A stretch of DNA of 64,000 nucleotides. It comes from Patescibacteria group bacterium. Lineage in GTDB: Bacteria; Patescibacteriota; Doudnabacteria; UBA920. Under the pieces are notes generated by a model. It was given only the letters and a program-made list of their open reading frames with translations. It was not told the origin of the DNA and did not search any database. Shown here one piece after another: positions 37,843 through 48,053 of the stretch (within the stretch, counting starts at the first letter, position 1; every line of letters starts with the position of its first letter). The translations under genes were made by a program, and so were the position numbers. Location: the NCBI GenBank assembly GCA_023484515.1, contig JAMDAY010000001.1, positions 758-64,757 of the forward strand, read 5' to 3'.

Positions 37843-40189
37843 GGACCGGAGGGTTTTTTGATTTCCATTTTTTTGCGAACCAGCGGGCGGTAATCTGGTA
37901 TTGCAGCCAGCCGGTAATCCATACTACGCAGACAGTCATGAACAATGACCAAAAAGTCGGACGGCGCAAATCAAAAAAGTTGGAAAGGGCGGGGTTAAGC
38001 AAAACAGTGGCTAAAAATATAATGCCAACGCCGGCCAAAGCAAACAATACTTTTTCCTGTTTTTTTGAAGTTTTTATTCCGTGCGCCAGCGGCGCCAGCA
38101 CAAAGAACCAGTAGCCCAAGGCAATAAGGGCCAGCACTACCAGAATGTTGGAGCCGGCGGTTTTAAGGTAATCCGGCCCCAGCCAAAACACGGCCGCCGA
38201 AGCCAAAGCGGTTAAGAGCCCCATGGCCAGGGAGAAAGGAAGGATTTTCCGGAAAAAACCTTTTTCAGGGCTGAATCCGTCTTTGGGCGCGGGAAAAATT
38301 GCCCAGTAGAACATGGGCAGCCAAATGACAAAATAATTTATAATGGTAGTGTTGCGCGGCGAAAGGGGATAGGTGTAGCCCATTATTGCCAAGGCCAGGA
38401 ACACGCATAAGGCCACTGCCACTTTATTTAAAAAGATACTGGCTACCAGTTCAATGTTGGTTATAATGGTTTCGGCCAAATCCACGCCGTCTGGCAAGGC
38501 GGCAAAACTGTTGTTCATTAGCACTATCTGCGCGATTTGCCTGGTAGCGCCGGCGCCGTCAAACATGGCTACTCCCAAATCCGCGTTTTTAATGGCTAGG
38601 GCGTCATTGGCGCCGTCGCCGACCATGGCCGTGAAGCCTTTAGTTTTTAGGATGGAAATAATTTGTTCCTTTTGGCCGGGTTTGATGCGGGCGAACAAAT
38701 GGTAAGCGGGCACGCGCTCTTCAAACGCTTCGTTGTCCCATTTTTCCATTTCCGCGCCGGTAACCACCATGTCCGAATGTTTTATGCCGGACTGCCGGGC
38801 AATGGCCTGCACGGTTTGCGGGTTGTCGCCCGACAGTACGTAAAGGCGCACGCCGCGGCTTTGGAAAAAGCCAATTATCTCTTTGGTGCCGGGGCGCAAA
38901 GGGTTGCCCAGCACGAAAAGCGCGAGCGGGTGCAGAACTGGTTGGCTTAACGGAGAAGCGCCGGCCTGGTCAGCCTGCCCCAGCAAAACCAGGCGTTTGG
39001 CTTGCGGCGCAAAATTTGCAAGTTGGCTTTCCAGCCATTTTTTTTCGTCTCCTTCCGACAAAAAAGGAACCAGCATATCCGGCGCGCCTACCGCCACGGT
39101 TAAATTTTTATCATTAATTTTCAAGGAAGCAATGCCATACTTGCGGGAAGAAGAAAAGGGAAGGTAGTCAAAAACCGAACCGGCAAAGGATGCCCGGACA
39201 GAGGAGGTTAAGGCCTTAATGGTGTTGGAATCGTCGCGGTTGGCCTGTACGTATCCGCAGAGGGATTGCTCCACCAGAGCGCGGTCGACGTTACCATACA
39301 TAACCACTTGTTCCAGAACCGGCTTATTTTCCGTAAGCGTCCCGGTCTTGTCTACGCATAAATTTTTTATGCGGCCAAGCTTTTCCGTGGCGTTAATTTC
39401 CTGGAGCAAGACCTGTTTTTTCAGGAGCCGTACCGCGCCGTAAGCGAAAAAGACGGTGGTGGCCAATATTAGCCCTTGGGGAACCAGCGTGCCGGTTAAG
39501 GCCGCGATATCTTTGACAATGTATACCATAAGTTCATGACCGGTTAAGCCGTGGATTACCACATACAGCACAATGGCCAGCAGCAGGTAGGTCATATACT
39601 TGATAAAAGCATTCAAAGTCTGCTGAATGGGGCTTAAGTTTAGCGTATACTGTTTTATTTTTTCCGTCATTTTGGACACAAAACTGTCCTGCGGCTTTAC
39701 GGTCACGCGTAAAATTCCCGAGCCGGCCGTAACAAAGCTGCCGGCTAAAACATTGTCGCTTTGTTTTTTATGGATATTGTCCGATTCGCCCGTAAGCAGC
39801 GCTTCGTTGACTTCCAAGCCGAAACTTTCCTCCAGTTCACCGTCGGCCGGAATTTGGTCGCCGAGGGAAATTTTTATCAGATCGCCGGCAGACAAATCCT
39901 CCAACAGAGCCGTTTCTTCTTGGCTGCGGGAATTGAGGCGGGTAATTTTGGGGGTCATCAATATCTGCAATTGTTCCAGGGCTATTTTGGCGCGCAAGTC
40001 CTGGATAATGCCAATAACCACGTTTAAAATTAAGACAATGGCTAAAAACAGCGCTTCGTGCGCTTCTTTGAACGCCAAAAGCAGCAAGGTCACTATCAGG
40101 AAGATCACATTCACCAAAGTGACCGCATTCTGGTAAGCGACCGGTTTTATGTGTTTGGCCGTTGCTTTGTAAGCGGCGCGGATATTCAT
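37817..40189 (-). CDS. Cation-transporting P-type ATPase (CtpE-like)
   Basis: LTGES, PQGL, DKTGT, FSSSRK, GAPD, SGDN, GDGAND. Confidence 0.9.
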   Translation of the reverse strand: MNIRAAYKATAKHIKPVAYQNAVTLVNVIFLIVTLLLLAFKEAHEALFLAIVLILNVVIGIIQDLRAKIALEQLQILMTPKITRLNSRSQEETALLEDLSAGDLIKISLGDQIPADGELEESFGLEVNEALLTGESDNIHKKQSDNVLAGSFVTAGSGILRVTVKPQDSFVSKMTEKIKQYTLNLSPIQQTLNAFIKYMTYLLLAIVLYVVIHGLTGHELMVYIVKDIAALTGTLVPQGLILATTVFFAYGAVRLLKKQVLLQEINATEKLGRIKNLCVDKTGTLTENKPVLEQVVMYGNVDRALVEQSLCGYVQANRDDSNTIKALTSSVRASFAGSVFDYLPFSSSRKYGIASLKINDKNLTVAVGAPDMLVPFLSEGDEKKWLESQLANFAPQAKRLVLLGQADQAGASPLSQPVLHPLALFVLGNPLRPGTKEIIGFFQSRGVRLYVLSGDNPQTVQAIARQSGIKHSDMVVTGAEMEKWDNEAFEERVPAYHLFARIKPGQKEQIISILKTKGFTAMVGDGANDALAIKNADLGVAMFDGAGATRQIAQIVLMNNSFAALPDGVDLAETIITNIELVASIFLNKVAVALCVFLALAIMGYTYPLSPRNTTIINYFVIWLPMFYWAIFPAPKDGFSPEKGFFRKILPFSLAMGLLTALASAAVFWLGPDYLKTAGSNILVVLALIALGYWFFVLAPLAHGIKTSKKQEKVLFALAGVGIIFLATVLLNPALSNFFDLRRPTFWSLFMTVCVVWITGWLQYQITARWFAKKWKSKNPPVPIEHSILS

Positions 40190-40291
40190 GGTTTTAGTAT
40201 AACATAATTTTTTGGATGGGCATTATCAATAGATGTAAATAATCAAATATATAAACACAAAAGCCGGCTTAAACGCAAGCCGGCTTTGGTG

Positions 40292-40750
40292 TTATTGGCT
40301 TTGCTGGGAGGGAGGCTGGCTTTGGCCGGGAAAACCTTGCCCTGCCGGCCGGACTTGGATATTGCTGGCCGTAACCGACCCGTCGGAATTAGTGGCGCCG
40401 GTGACGATAACATTGTCGTCGGTGTTTAATTGCGAGGCGTCCACGTCTACCGGTTTGTTTATTTGCGTGCTGCCGGTGTATAAAACAATCCTGGTGCTGC
40501 CGTCCTGCGCTTTAACGGTTATGCTTTTGTCGTCTTTGGCAATAATTTGCCCGCCGGTAAAATTGCCGAAATTCCTGCTTCCGTTGCCGCTCCTATTGGC
40601 AAATTGCTGCCTCTGTGCCGCTGACAGGCTGCCAAAGCCCTGCCCGACTGCCGGAGCTTTGCTTTTTTGGTATTGCATGCCGCCAAAAAATCCGCCGCCG
40701 CCGAATACGACGGCAATAATTGCCACGATAATTATGTTTTTTTTGCCCAT
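40292..40750 (-). CDS. DUF5666-like OB-fold membrane protein
   Basis: GGFFGGMQY, GQII.KD..SITV, NSDGSVTA..IQ. Confidence 0.7.
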   Translation of the reverse strand: MGKKNIIIVAIIAVVFGGGGFFGGMQYQKSKAPAVGQGFGSLSAAQRQQFANRSGNGSRNFGNFTGGQIIAKDDKSITVKAQDGSTRIVLYTGSTQINKPVDVDASQLNTDDNVIVTGATNSDGSVTASNIQVRPAGQGFPGQSQPPSQQSQ

Positions 40751-40771
40751 TGTTTTCCTTTCCTTTAATTT

Positions 40772-42010
40772 TTATTCAAATCTTAAAGCCTCAATCGGGT
40801 TTAGCCTGGAGGCGCGGCGGGCCGGATAATAGCCAAAAAGCAATCCGATGCCTGCGGAAACGCCAAAAGCCAGCATGACGGAATAAGCGGAAATGGCGGT
40901 TTGCGTGCCGGTAAAATGGGTCATCAGCAAAGACAGCAGCCAGCCGAATAAAATGCCTATGCCGCCGCCCAGGAATGTCAACAATACCGCTTCGGTTAGG
41001 AATTGCAAACTGATATCGTGCCGGGTGGCGCCTATGGATTTTCGCAAGCCAATCTCCCGCGTGCGCTCCGTAACCGTGGTCAGCATCATGTTCATAATTC
41101 CAATGCCGCCGACCAGCAGGGAGATGCCGGCAATGGATGCCAGCAGCATGGTGAATGTGTTGGTCACGCTGGATGCGGCGGAAACAATGTCCGCCTGGTT
41201 CTGTACGGTAAAATCCGCGGAAGCGGGATTGCCAATGTTATGCCTTTGCAATAAGATGTTGGTGACTTGCTGCTGCACGGCATCCATTGCGCCGGGGTTT
41301 TGGGCGGAAACGCTTATGGCGCTGACATAAAGTTTGCCGTCGGCATTCGGGCCGGCCAAATAATGCTGGGCCACGGAAATGGGAATGAAAATCATGTCGT
41401 CCTGGTTAGCGAATCCGCTCCCGCCTTTGGATTGCGTTACGCCGACCACTTTAAATTGCTGTCCGGAAATCCTAATGGTCTGTCCCACTGCCGGCGTGCT
41501 GGTGCCGAATAAATCTTCCCAAACCGTGGGCCCGATCACGGCCACTTTGGACATATTGGCTACCTGCTGGTCAGTGATAAAAGAACCGGAATCCATGTTT
41601 AAGTTATGCACGGCAGGGTAATTGCTGTCCGTACCGATTACTTGGGTATTGGTGTTAGTTCCCTTGGCCGTAACCTGGTAGCGCCGCGACAGTTCCCCGT
41701 CCAAGGCGCTAATTTGGGTTAAACCGCTTCGCAAGGCATCAACGTCTTCCTGGGTCAGGGTTTGGCTGCTGCCCAGGCCGCTGCTGACAAAAGTGCCAAC
41801 TCCGCGCTGGGCGCCCGGCGACACGCTGATTAAATTGGAACCTATGGAAGCAATGTTGGCCTGGATGGCGTCTTTGGCTCCTTGGCCGATTGCGACCATG
41901 GCAATAACCGAACCGATGCCGATGATAATACCCAGCATGGTCAAGGCTGTCCGGGCTTTGTTGACCGTTAAGGCGCTATATGATTCTTGAAATAAGTCCG
42001 AGGTTTTCAT
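40772..42010 (-). CDS. MacB/FtsX-type ABC permease
   Basis: LTMLGIIIG, SLLVGGIGIMN, ERTREIGLRK, PIEALR. Confidence 0.93.
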   Translation of the reverse strand: MKTSDLFQESYSALTVNKARTALTMLGIIIGIGSVIAMVAIGQGAKDAIQANIASIGSNLISVSPGAQRGVGTFVSSGLGSSQTLTQEDVDALRSGLTQISALDGELSRRYQVTAKGTNTNTQVIGTDSNYPAVHNLNMDSGSFITDQQVANMSKVAVIGPTVWEDLFGTSTPAVGQTIRISGQQFKVVGVTQSKGGSGFANQDDMIFIPISVAQHYLAGPNADGKLYVSAISVSAQNPGAMDAVQQQVTNILLQRHNIGNPASADFTVQNQADIVSAASSVTNTFTMLLASIAGISLLVGGIGIMNMMLTTVTERTREIGLRKSIGATRHDISLQFLTEAVLLTFLGGGIGILFGWLLSLLMTHFTGTQTAISAYSVMLAFGVSAGIGLLFGYYPARRASRLNPIEALRFE

Positions 42011-42090
42011 AAGAGTGCGGCGTAAATCTGCAAATTTTGCGCTAATAATGCAAATCGCAAATTAGCATGAGATTCGCATGCAGGCATTAT

Positions 42091-42801
42091 TTATTCCGGC
42101 CTTGGATTTGCCATCCTTTGCCGTTGGTTAATTTCGTCGCTGATAATTTTTCCGTCCCGAATGTGGATGATCCGTTTGGCATGCAGGGCCACGTCATGCT
42201 CGTGGGTGATTAAAACAATAGTGCGGCCCTGGGCGTTTAAAGATTGGAAGGTGGAAAGGACAATTTCGCCGGTCTGGGTATCCAGGTTGCCGGTCGGTTC
42301 GTCGGCTAACAGCAAAGCCGGGTCATTTACCAGCGCGCGGGCAATAGCCACCCGCTGCATTTGTCCCCCGGAAAGCTGGTTGGACAAATGGTAATACCGC
42401 GATTCGTCCAAGCCGGTCTCCCGCAAAGCTTTTTCCGCCAGTTGTTCCCGCTGGTTTTTGGTTATTTCCGCGTATACTAAAGGCAAGGCGACATTGCGCA
42501 CTACCGTGGCGCGGGTCAGGAGGTTGAATGCCTGGAACACGAAGCCGATTTTTTTCCTGCGGATACCAGCCAGCTCGTCGTCGGATAGCTTGCCGACATC
42601 ATGCCCGTCTAAAAAATATTTCCCTTGGGTGGGGGTATCCAGCGCCCCCAGAATATGCATCATGGTGGATTTGCCCGAACCCGAAGGCCCCATTATGGCC
42701 ACGAATTCCCCGTCAGCAATGGAAAAAGTTACGTCTTTTAAGACTTTGGTTTCCACATCGCCGGCGAAGTAGGACTTAAAAATATGTTCGCATTGGATCA
42801 T
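42091..42801 (-). CDS. MacB/LolD-type ABC ATPase
   Basis: GPSGSGKST, LSGGQ, ADEPTGNLD. Confidence 0.95.
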   Translation of the reverse strand: MIQCEHIFKSYFAGDVETKVLKDVTFSIADGEFVAIMGPSGSGKSTMMHILGALDTPTQGKYFLDGHDVGKLSDDELAGIRRKKIGFVFQAFNLLTRATVVRNVALPLVYAEITKNQREQLAEKALRETGLDESRYYHLSNQLSGGQMQRVAIARALVNDPALLLADEPTGNLDTQTGEIVLSTFQSLNAQGRTIVLITHEHDVALHAKRIIHIRDGKIISDEINQRQRMANPRPE

Positions 42802-42802
42802 A

Positions 42803-44482
42803 CTATTTTCCGCCTTGGATAAATGTCCTGTTCCCGCCGCTAAACCCTCCGCCCCCGGTCATTCCCGGAATCCGCAAGCCGGAGGAAGGCTGGCTTGACG
42901 CGGCCGTGGAAGCCCCGGAGCTGACGGTCTGGGTAACTACTTCTTGGCCTTCGTTTAGGCCATTTTGTATTTCCGTTTCCGTATCATTGGACAGGCCGGT
43001 TTGAACCGTTATGTTTTGCGGCTTGCCGTCACTGCCCAAGACCTGCACGTAACTTCCGGAACCGCCGCTCTTTACCGCGGAATTGGGTACGGCCAGGACA
43101 TCGGCCGCCATATTGGTAATTATGGAAGCTGAAACGCTCATTCCCGGTTTGACGCGCTCGTCCTGGGTATCCAGGCTGATTTTAACGTTATAATTTACCA
43201 CGCCTTGAGTAACGGTTCCGATGGCATCAATCTCCGCGACCTTGCCGGTCAGGGTCAAGCCTTCAATGGCGTCAAAAGTTACCGTGGCTTTTTGTCCTAT
43301 TTTGACTTTCGCCACATCCACTTCGTTCAGGGTAATTTCGGCGATTTGCTGGGGGGTGATTATCGTGGCTATGGCGGCGCCGCTGTTTGCCTGGTCGCCC
43401 ATGCTTGCGTCTAAAGTCGCAATAACCCCGTCAAACGGCGCAGTGATGATGGTATTGTTATAAGCTGCCTGGGCGTCAGCCAGGTCTGACTGCGCCGCGG
43501 CTATTTGGGCTTTGGCGGAATCCAGGCTGGCCTGGGTGGGAGCGGCGGTTTTTTGGCGGATCTGGATTTGTGTTTGCAGGAGGGAGTCGTTTGCCGAATC
43601 AATGCTTTGCTGGGCTTTGTCCAGGGCGTCTGTTTGGCTTTGCAGGGCATTGTTGTAAGCCAGCAGATTGCTGGCATAGTTGGAAGACCGCTGGTTGGGG
43701 ACGTCCACAGTCCAAGTTGTGGTTTGGCTGAGGGTGCCGGTTGAGCCGAAAGTAATATATAGGCCGTTACCTATGGGCTGGGGCAGGCCTTTTTGAATTG
43801 CCCTGTTTTCTCCGCCTAGGCCGTTGACCTGGTAATGCATGCCGTCTCCCGCTTGGTATAGGCTGATAATGTACTGGCCTTCCTGCTGCCCCAGGTAGCT
43901 TCCGCTTAGGGCGACTGAAGTTGAAGTTAAGGTGTCGCTTGGAGTAAGTTGCAAATCGGCATTGAGCAAAGTGGTGTGTGCTTTGTCTACCGCCTGTTGC
44001 TGGTCAATGACGGTTTGGTCATAATTTTTTTTGGCCTGGTCAACCGCCTTTTGAGCAGATTTCAAAGACAGGTTATTTAAGGCCTGGTCGTCGGTGGTTG
44101 GGCCGTCCAGTAACTCCTGGTAAGCGGCCTGGGCTTGTTCCAGTGAAGCCTTGGCTTTGGCCACTTGCACGCTGGCAGTCTGCTGGTCTAAAGTGGCCAA
44201 GACATTTCCGGTCTTGACGCTTTGTCCTTGTTTGACCGGAACCGATTTTATTGTTCCCGAAGTTTGGGCTTTAATATCCACCTGGTTTGATGCCGCTACC
44301 TGGCCGGTTCCGGTAATGGAGGAAATGATAGTGGTTTTTTGTGCGGCCTGGGTTACGTATTTTATCGTTTGCGCCTCGCTGTGGGATTTTTTTTGCCAAT
44401 AGTAGCCTCCGCCGGCCAGAATAAGAATTAGGACCGCCGTCGGCAATTTATGGTTTTTGATATATGCGATTATGCTTTTCAT
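42803..44482 (-). CDS. MacA-like membrane fusion protein with insertion
   Basis: VKQGQSVKTG, ITAPFDG, KPGMS, VPNSAV, TGLS. Confidence 0.88.
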   Translation of the reverse strand: MKSIIAYIKNHKLPTAVLILILAGGGYYWQKKSHSEAQTIKYVTQAAQKTTIISSITGTGQVAASNQVDIKAQTSGTIKSVPVKQGQSVKTGNVLATLDQQTASVQVAKAKASLEQAQAAYQELLDGPTTDDQALNNLSLKSAQKAVDQAKKNYDQTVIDQQQAVDKAHTTLLNADLQLTPSDTLTSTSVALSGSYLGQQEGQYIISLYQAGDGMHYQVNGLGGENRAIQKGLPQPIGNGLYITFGSTGTLSQTTTWTVDVPNQRSSNYASNLLAYNNALQSQTDALDKAQQSIDSANDSLLQTQIQIRQKTAAPTQASLDSAKAQIAAAQSDLADAQAAYNNTIITAPFDGVIATLDASMGDQANSGAAIATIITPQQIAEITLNEVDVAKVKIGQKATVTFDAIEGLTLTGKVAEIDAIGTVTQGVVNYNVKISLDTQDERVKPGMSVSASIITNMAADVLAVPNSAVKSGGSGSYVQVLGSDGKPQNITVQTGLSNDTETEIQNGLNEGQEVVTQTVSSGASTAASSQPSSGLRIPGMTGGGGFSGGNRTFIQGGK

Positions 44483-44491
44483 AAAGTTTGG

Positions 44492-44971
44492 TTAATTGGG
44501 ATTTGCAGGTGCGTATGACGGGTCCATAACGCGGATTAAGCTGGCGTTAATTTCTCCTTGGCTGTCCGGCGAGCCTATGGCTACGATATTTTCGTTAATT
44601 TTTAAATCGTTCAGGCTAATATTTTGCCTTCCTTGCCTGAATGTGGTTTGGGAACTTGCCAAGATATTTTTTTCCGTGCCGTCGTTGTTTTTTACGGTTA
44701 TTATATTCCCTTCAATTTTTATAATTTGCCCGGTTGAGCCGTGCGCATTAAGATAGTCGCGGTCCAGGGGAATGCCCGGAGGCACTGGCGGTCCCGGACG
44801 GCGGGCCGCAAAATTTTTATAATAGTTTTCACCCCAACTATAGGAATATCTTGCCTTTTCCAAACCTACGGCCACACCCGCTGCGAAAACCGCGGCAAGC
44901 AGGACTATGGCTGAAAAAAATTTTAAGCCTTTTTTGAAAGTATTTGACTTTATTGCTCCTTTTAAATCCAT
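44492..44971 (-). CDS. DUF5666-like protein
   Basis: WGENY..NF, HG..GQII.I, IGSPD.QGEINA.LIR. Confidence 0.7.
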   Translation of the reverse strand: MDLKGAIKSNTFKKGLKFFSAIVLLAAVFAAGVAVGLEKARYSYSWGENYYKNFAARRPGPPVPPGIPLDRDYLNAHGSTGQIIKIEGNIITVKNNDGTEKNILASSQTTFRQGRQNISLNDLKINENIVAIGSPDSQGEINASLIRVMDPSYAPANPN

Positions 44972-45345
44972 TATTTTTCCAATTGTTTAATTTCCCAGCC
45001 GCAACTTAAAAGCTTGGCCAAGCTGAATAGCAAGGAGAGCAAGACAATGCCGGTAAAAGCCGCGCTAATAGACGGCAGGGATTCAACCAAAGACAGGAAG
45101 TAGTCCGAAAAATTGGCGCTGACCACCCGAAAATCGGTATATGCCAATTGCAGCATTTGGAAAAATCCCGTACGGTTAATTTGCATTGACAAATCTTTAA
45201 GCAGGAAAAGCAGGGCGGGCAGGGAAACGGTAAAAGCAACAACGTAAAAAGCCAACCGCTTTTTTAATATTTGCAGCCTTTGTTCAGTATGGATTTGGCT
45301 AATTATGCGGCCGAATAATTCCGGCGGGGGAGTTAAATCCTGCAT
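44971..45345 (-). CDS. Probable membrane anti-sigma factor
   Basis: PP.EL..RI, two TM, ESLP; follows an ECF sigma. Confidence 0.65.
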   Translation of the reverse strand: MQDLTPPPELFGRIISQIHTEQRLQILKKRLAFYVVAFTVSLPALLFLLKDLSMQINRTGFFQMLQLAYTDFRVVSANFSDYFLSLVESLPSISAAFTGIVLLSLLFSLAKLLSCGWEIKQLEK

Positions 45346-45352
45346 ACACAAT

Positions 45353-45381
45353 AATACGAATGAAATGGCTGTTTTGGTTCA
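45353..45381 (-). promoter_or_regulatory. ECF-type promoter
   Basis: TGAACC-17-CGTATT, 7 nt before the ATG at 45345. Confidence 0.6.
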
Positions 45382-45616
45382 CCGGGGCAAGGGTGAAAAA
45401 AGGTTTAAGTTGTTTGGCAATGCTTATCCGGGGAATGCGCAATCGTATATCGGTCGGTGATTAATTGCCCTATAACAGGCAAACGGGAACGCATACCGGC
45501 CAAATGGACATTGCCAATAGCCGGACAAGATTTATGAAGGCCGTTGTCTTATTTTCCCTAAAGATTTAAATACCGGCCTTGCGGCCGGCTGTTAAATGAT
45601 CCTTAAATAAAATTTG

Positions 45617-46181
45617 TTATTCTTCCGCCATCATTTTTTTTAGATGAATGATTGCGCGGCGGTGCCTGGTTTTTACTGTATCCAAAGATTCCTTAAGAAG
45701 TTCGGCTATTTCGCGGAAATTAAAATCCTGCTGGTAGTAAAGAGCTAGGACTTTGCGGTATTTTTCCGGCAATTGTTCTACGGCCAAACGGAGCATTTGC
45801 AAATCGTCTATTTTAGCCATTACCTGGTCCGGTAAAAGTTCGCGCGAGGTCAGGGGGCGGGCAAATTCTGCGCCAAGGCTTTCTTCGGGAAGCCCGGAGA
45901 GGGGAATTATTCCCTTTTTTTTTCAAGTAATCCAAAGCCGAATTTTTCGTAATCGTATAAGCCCAAGCCTTAAATTTTCCGTTGGTGCGGAATTTTTTTA
46001 AATTTTTCCATATTTTGACCATTGCTTCCTGCGTTACGTCCTGGGCCCCTTCTGCCGTATGCGTATATTTAAAGGCGAAATTGTACAGCGGGCTTAAGTG
46101 CCTTTGGAATAAAAATTCCAGAGATTGCTCGTCGCCTTCCAAATATGCCGTAATAAGTTGTTCGTCGCTTAGGTTTTCCAT
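45617..46181 (-). pseudogene. ECF sigma-70 factor split by a frameshift at an A9 run
   Basis: Region 2 (AQDVTQE..KIW..L, FKAW.Y.I.KN.ALDYL) and region 4 (LPEKYR, F.EIAE.L..S..TVKTR..RA) lie in different frames; A8 would restore one ORF. Confidence 0.85.
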
Positions 46182-46371
46182 AATGGAATTTTATCATAAA
46201 TAATTGCTGTTGTTAATGATGACGGTTTTTCGGCAATGCTATTAATATTGTCAGAAAATCTGTTGAAAAAACCGTTCCGGGATTAACCCCGGAACGGTTT
46301 TGTATGTCTAATTCTATTATGAGTATTAATGATTTTCGATTTTCCCGGCCGGGAAAATCGCTAGCCGCCAT

Positions 46372-46761
46372 TTATCTTATTTGCGGACGGTGGTAGGAGG
46401 AAGCCAAGCTGGCGCTCCAAGATGCCAGGACGATGACAATTATGCCCAAGATGACGTTATTCCACATTGCCCTCGCTGACGTGTCAAAACCCAGGGCAAA
46501 AGGCGAGAAGAACAGCCAAATGCCAAACACGACGTTGATAATTCTGGACCACGCTATCCTGGTTCCCACAAGCCCGGAAATGGCAAAAATTGCCACCAGC
46601 GCCCCGACGATTATGTTATTTTCCACCGCCGAAGAAATTGAAGAAAATCCCAAAATGAAAGGGGAAAGAATTAGCCATATGCCGATAATTAAATTCATAA
46701 CGCTTCCGGCCCGGACATCGGCGCGCTCATAGCGGTCTAAATGATCCATTTGGTCAGCCAT
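46372..46761 (-). CDS. SPW repeat membrane protein
   Basis: Two GIWL..SPF.LGF...N..I.G repeats; strong SD. Confidence 0.85.
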   Translation of the reverse strand: MADQMDHLDRYERADVRAGSVMNLIIGIWLILSPFILGFSSISSAVENNIIVGALVAIFAISGLVGTRIAWSRIINVVFGIWLFFSPFALGFDTSARAMWNNVILGIIVIVLASWSASLASSYHRPQIR

Positions 46762-46800
46762 ATATTTCCACCTCCTCCCAATGGTAACGGGAAATTAATT

Positions 46801-46884
46801 CTATTGATCTTTGCAAGATAAGCTGGATAAATTACGTCTGATTGGTGAGGAAAATCGTCCAACTCATTATGCTATACTCAATAA
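46801..46884 (+). repeat. H84 hairpin element
   Basis: 84 bp; first 22 nt identical to the 37759 copy. Confidence 0.8.
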
Positions 46885-46939
46885 TTAGGTAAATTTATAT
46901 ATTTAAAGACGGCTCGTTTCGGGGATTATTTCAATAGCC

Positions 46940-47371
46940 TCACGGAGCTCCGGTTGCAGCCCCGCCAGCTCCCGCCCCGCCCAATAAATTGACAATGACA
47001 TTAATTATGACGTAAGACAGTATAATAATGATAATTCCTATAATGGCGTTCGTCACGGCCTTCTTGCCTTTTTCCGCAGCTTCTTCGTTGCCGCCGGACA
47101 TAATGTACATGAAGCCCCCGATAATCAAAAACAAAACGGCCAAACCAAAAGCAATGCCCAGCAGCCAACTGATTACTGTTAGGATAAAGGCGTTTATGCT
47201 ATTGCCTCCCCCCAGTTCGCACGGCAAGCCGGGAGGGCAGGGGAAGCGCAAAAATTGGGCACGGGCAAGCAGGGGAAGCAGGTAAGCCGCAGCAGGCAGC
47301 ATATAGGCTGATATTGTTTTTATGGAATTGCGCATGTTGTTGTAGACGGAAGGGACTGTTGTTATTTTCAT
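46940..47371 (-). CDS. CPR-type pilin (TrbC/VirB2-like)
   Basis: AVLFLIIGGFMYIMSGGNEE...KGKKAVTNAIIGIIIIILSY. Confidence 0.85.
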   Translation of the reverse strand: MKITTVPSVYNNMRNSIKTISAYMLPAAAYLLPLLARAQFLRFPCPPGLPCELGGGNSINAFILTVISWLLGIAFGLAVLFLIIGGFMYIMSGGNEEAAEKGKKAVTNAIIGIIIIILSYVIINVIVNLLGGAGAGGAATGAP

Positions 47372-47431
47372 AAAATCGGAGCAGGTGCGGGGCCAGAAAA
47401 ATACCCTCCTTGCGGAGGGTATTAAATACTA

Positions 47432-47557
47432 TTAACTGCCTTTTGGCCTGCCGCCGCCGTGCGACGCTTTTCCGCCCATACGTGCCACGCGCCTGCGCGT
47501 TTCCGGATCTGCCGAAGCCAAGCCGCGCTTGCCTTTTTCGTTATAAACGTTCACCAT
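47432..47557 (-). CDS. KGG / Con-10-like general stress peptide (41 aa)
   Basis: MVNVYNEKGKRGLASADPETRRRVARMGGKASHGGGRPKGS; SD GGAGGTGA; terminator hairpin downstream. Confidence 0.8.
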   Translation of the reverse strand: MVNVYNEKGKRGLASADPETRRRVARMGGKASHGGGRPKGS

Positions 47558-48053
47558 AAAATGCTTCACCTCCCCTGTGGATTAATTTATTTATGCCGCA
47601 TAGGTTGATCCAATTTGCAATTGTTGCCAGCCTTTGCGACAGCCAATCTCGCCTATTATAGGACGTCTTTGGCAAAATTATTTATTTCCTTTGCCAAAAA
47701 TAAAGGTTAAGAAATATAATCGTATTTTGGAAAGCGAAAATTGTCTGGCAAGATCTTAATTATGCTGGCTTTAAACGGCAACTGCCTTATCCGGCTTCGG
47801 CAAAAGGCGGTCTGGAATTTTTAAATTAACCTTTATTATTGATGTTTTTGGATAAAAGTGGTATAATTATGTCACGGCAAATGTTTTGGATCCCGGCAAT
47901 TTTTTTGCAACAAGTAGGCGAGCGGGTATGGATTTAATCTACCTTTTGGATTTAAAAAAACCGAAATCAGCGTGAAATTTTTCGGTTATTTTTTTACTCC
48001 AATCCGGCAATTTGTAATGTAATTTGATACTTGTAATTTGGAACTTTTTAGTT

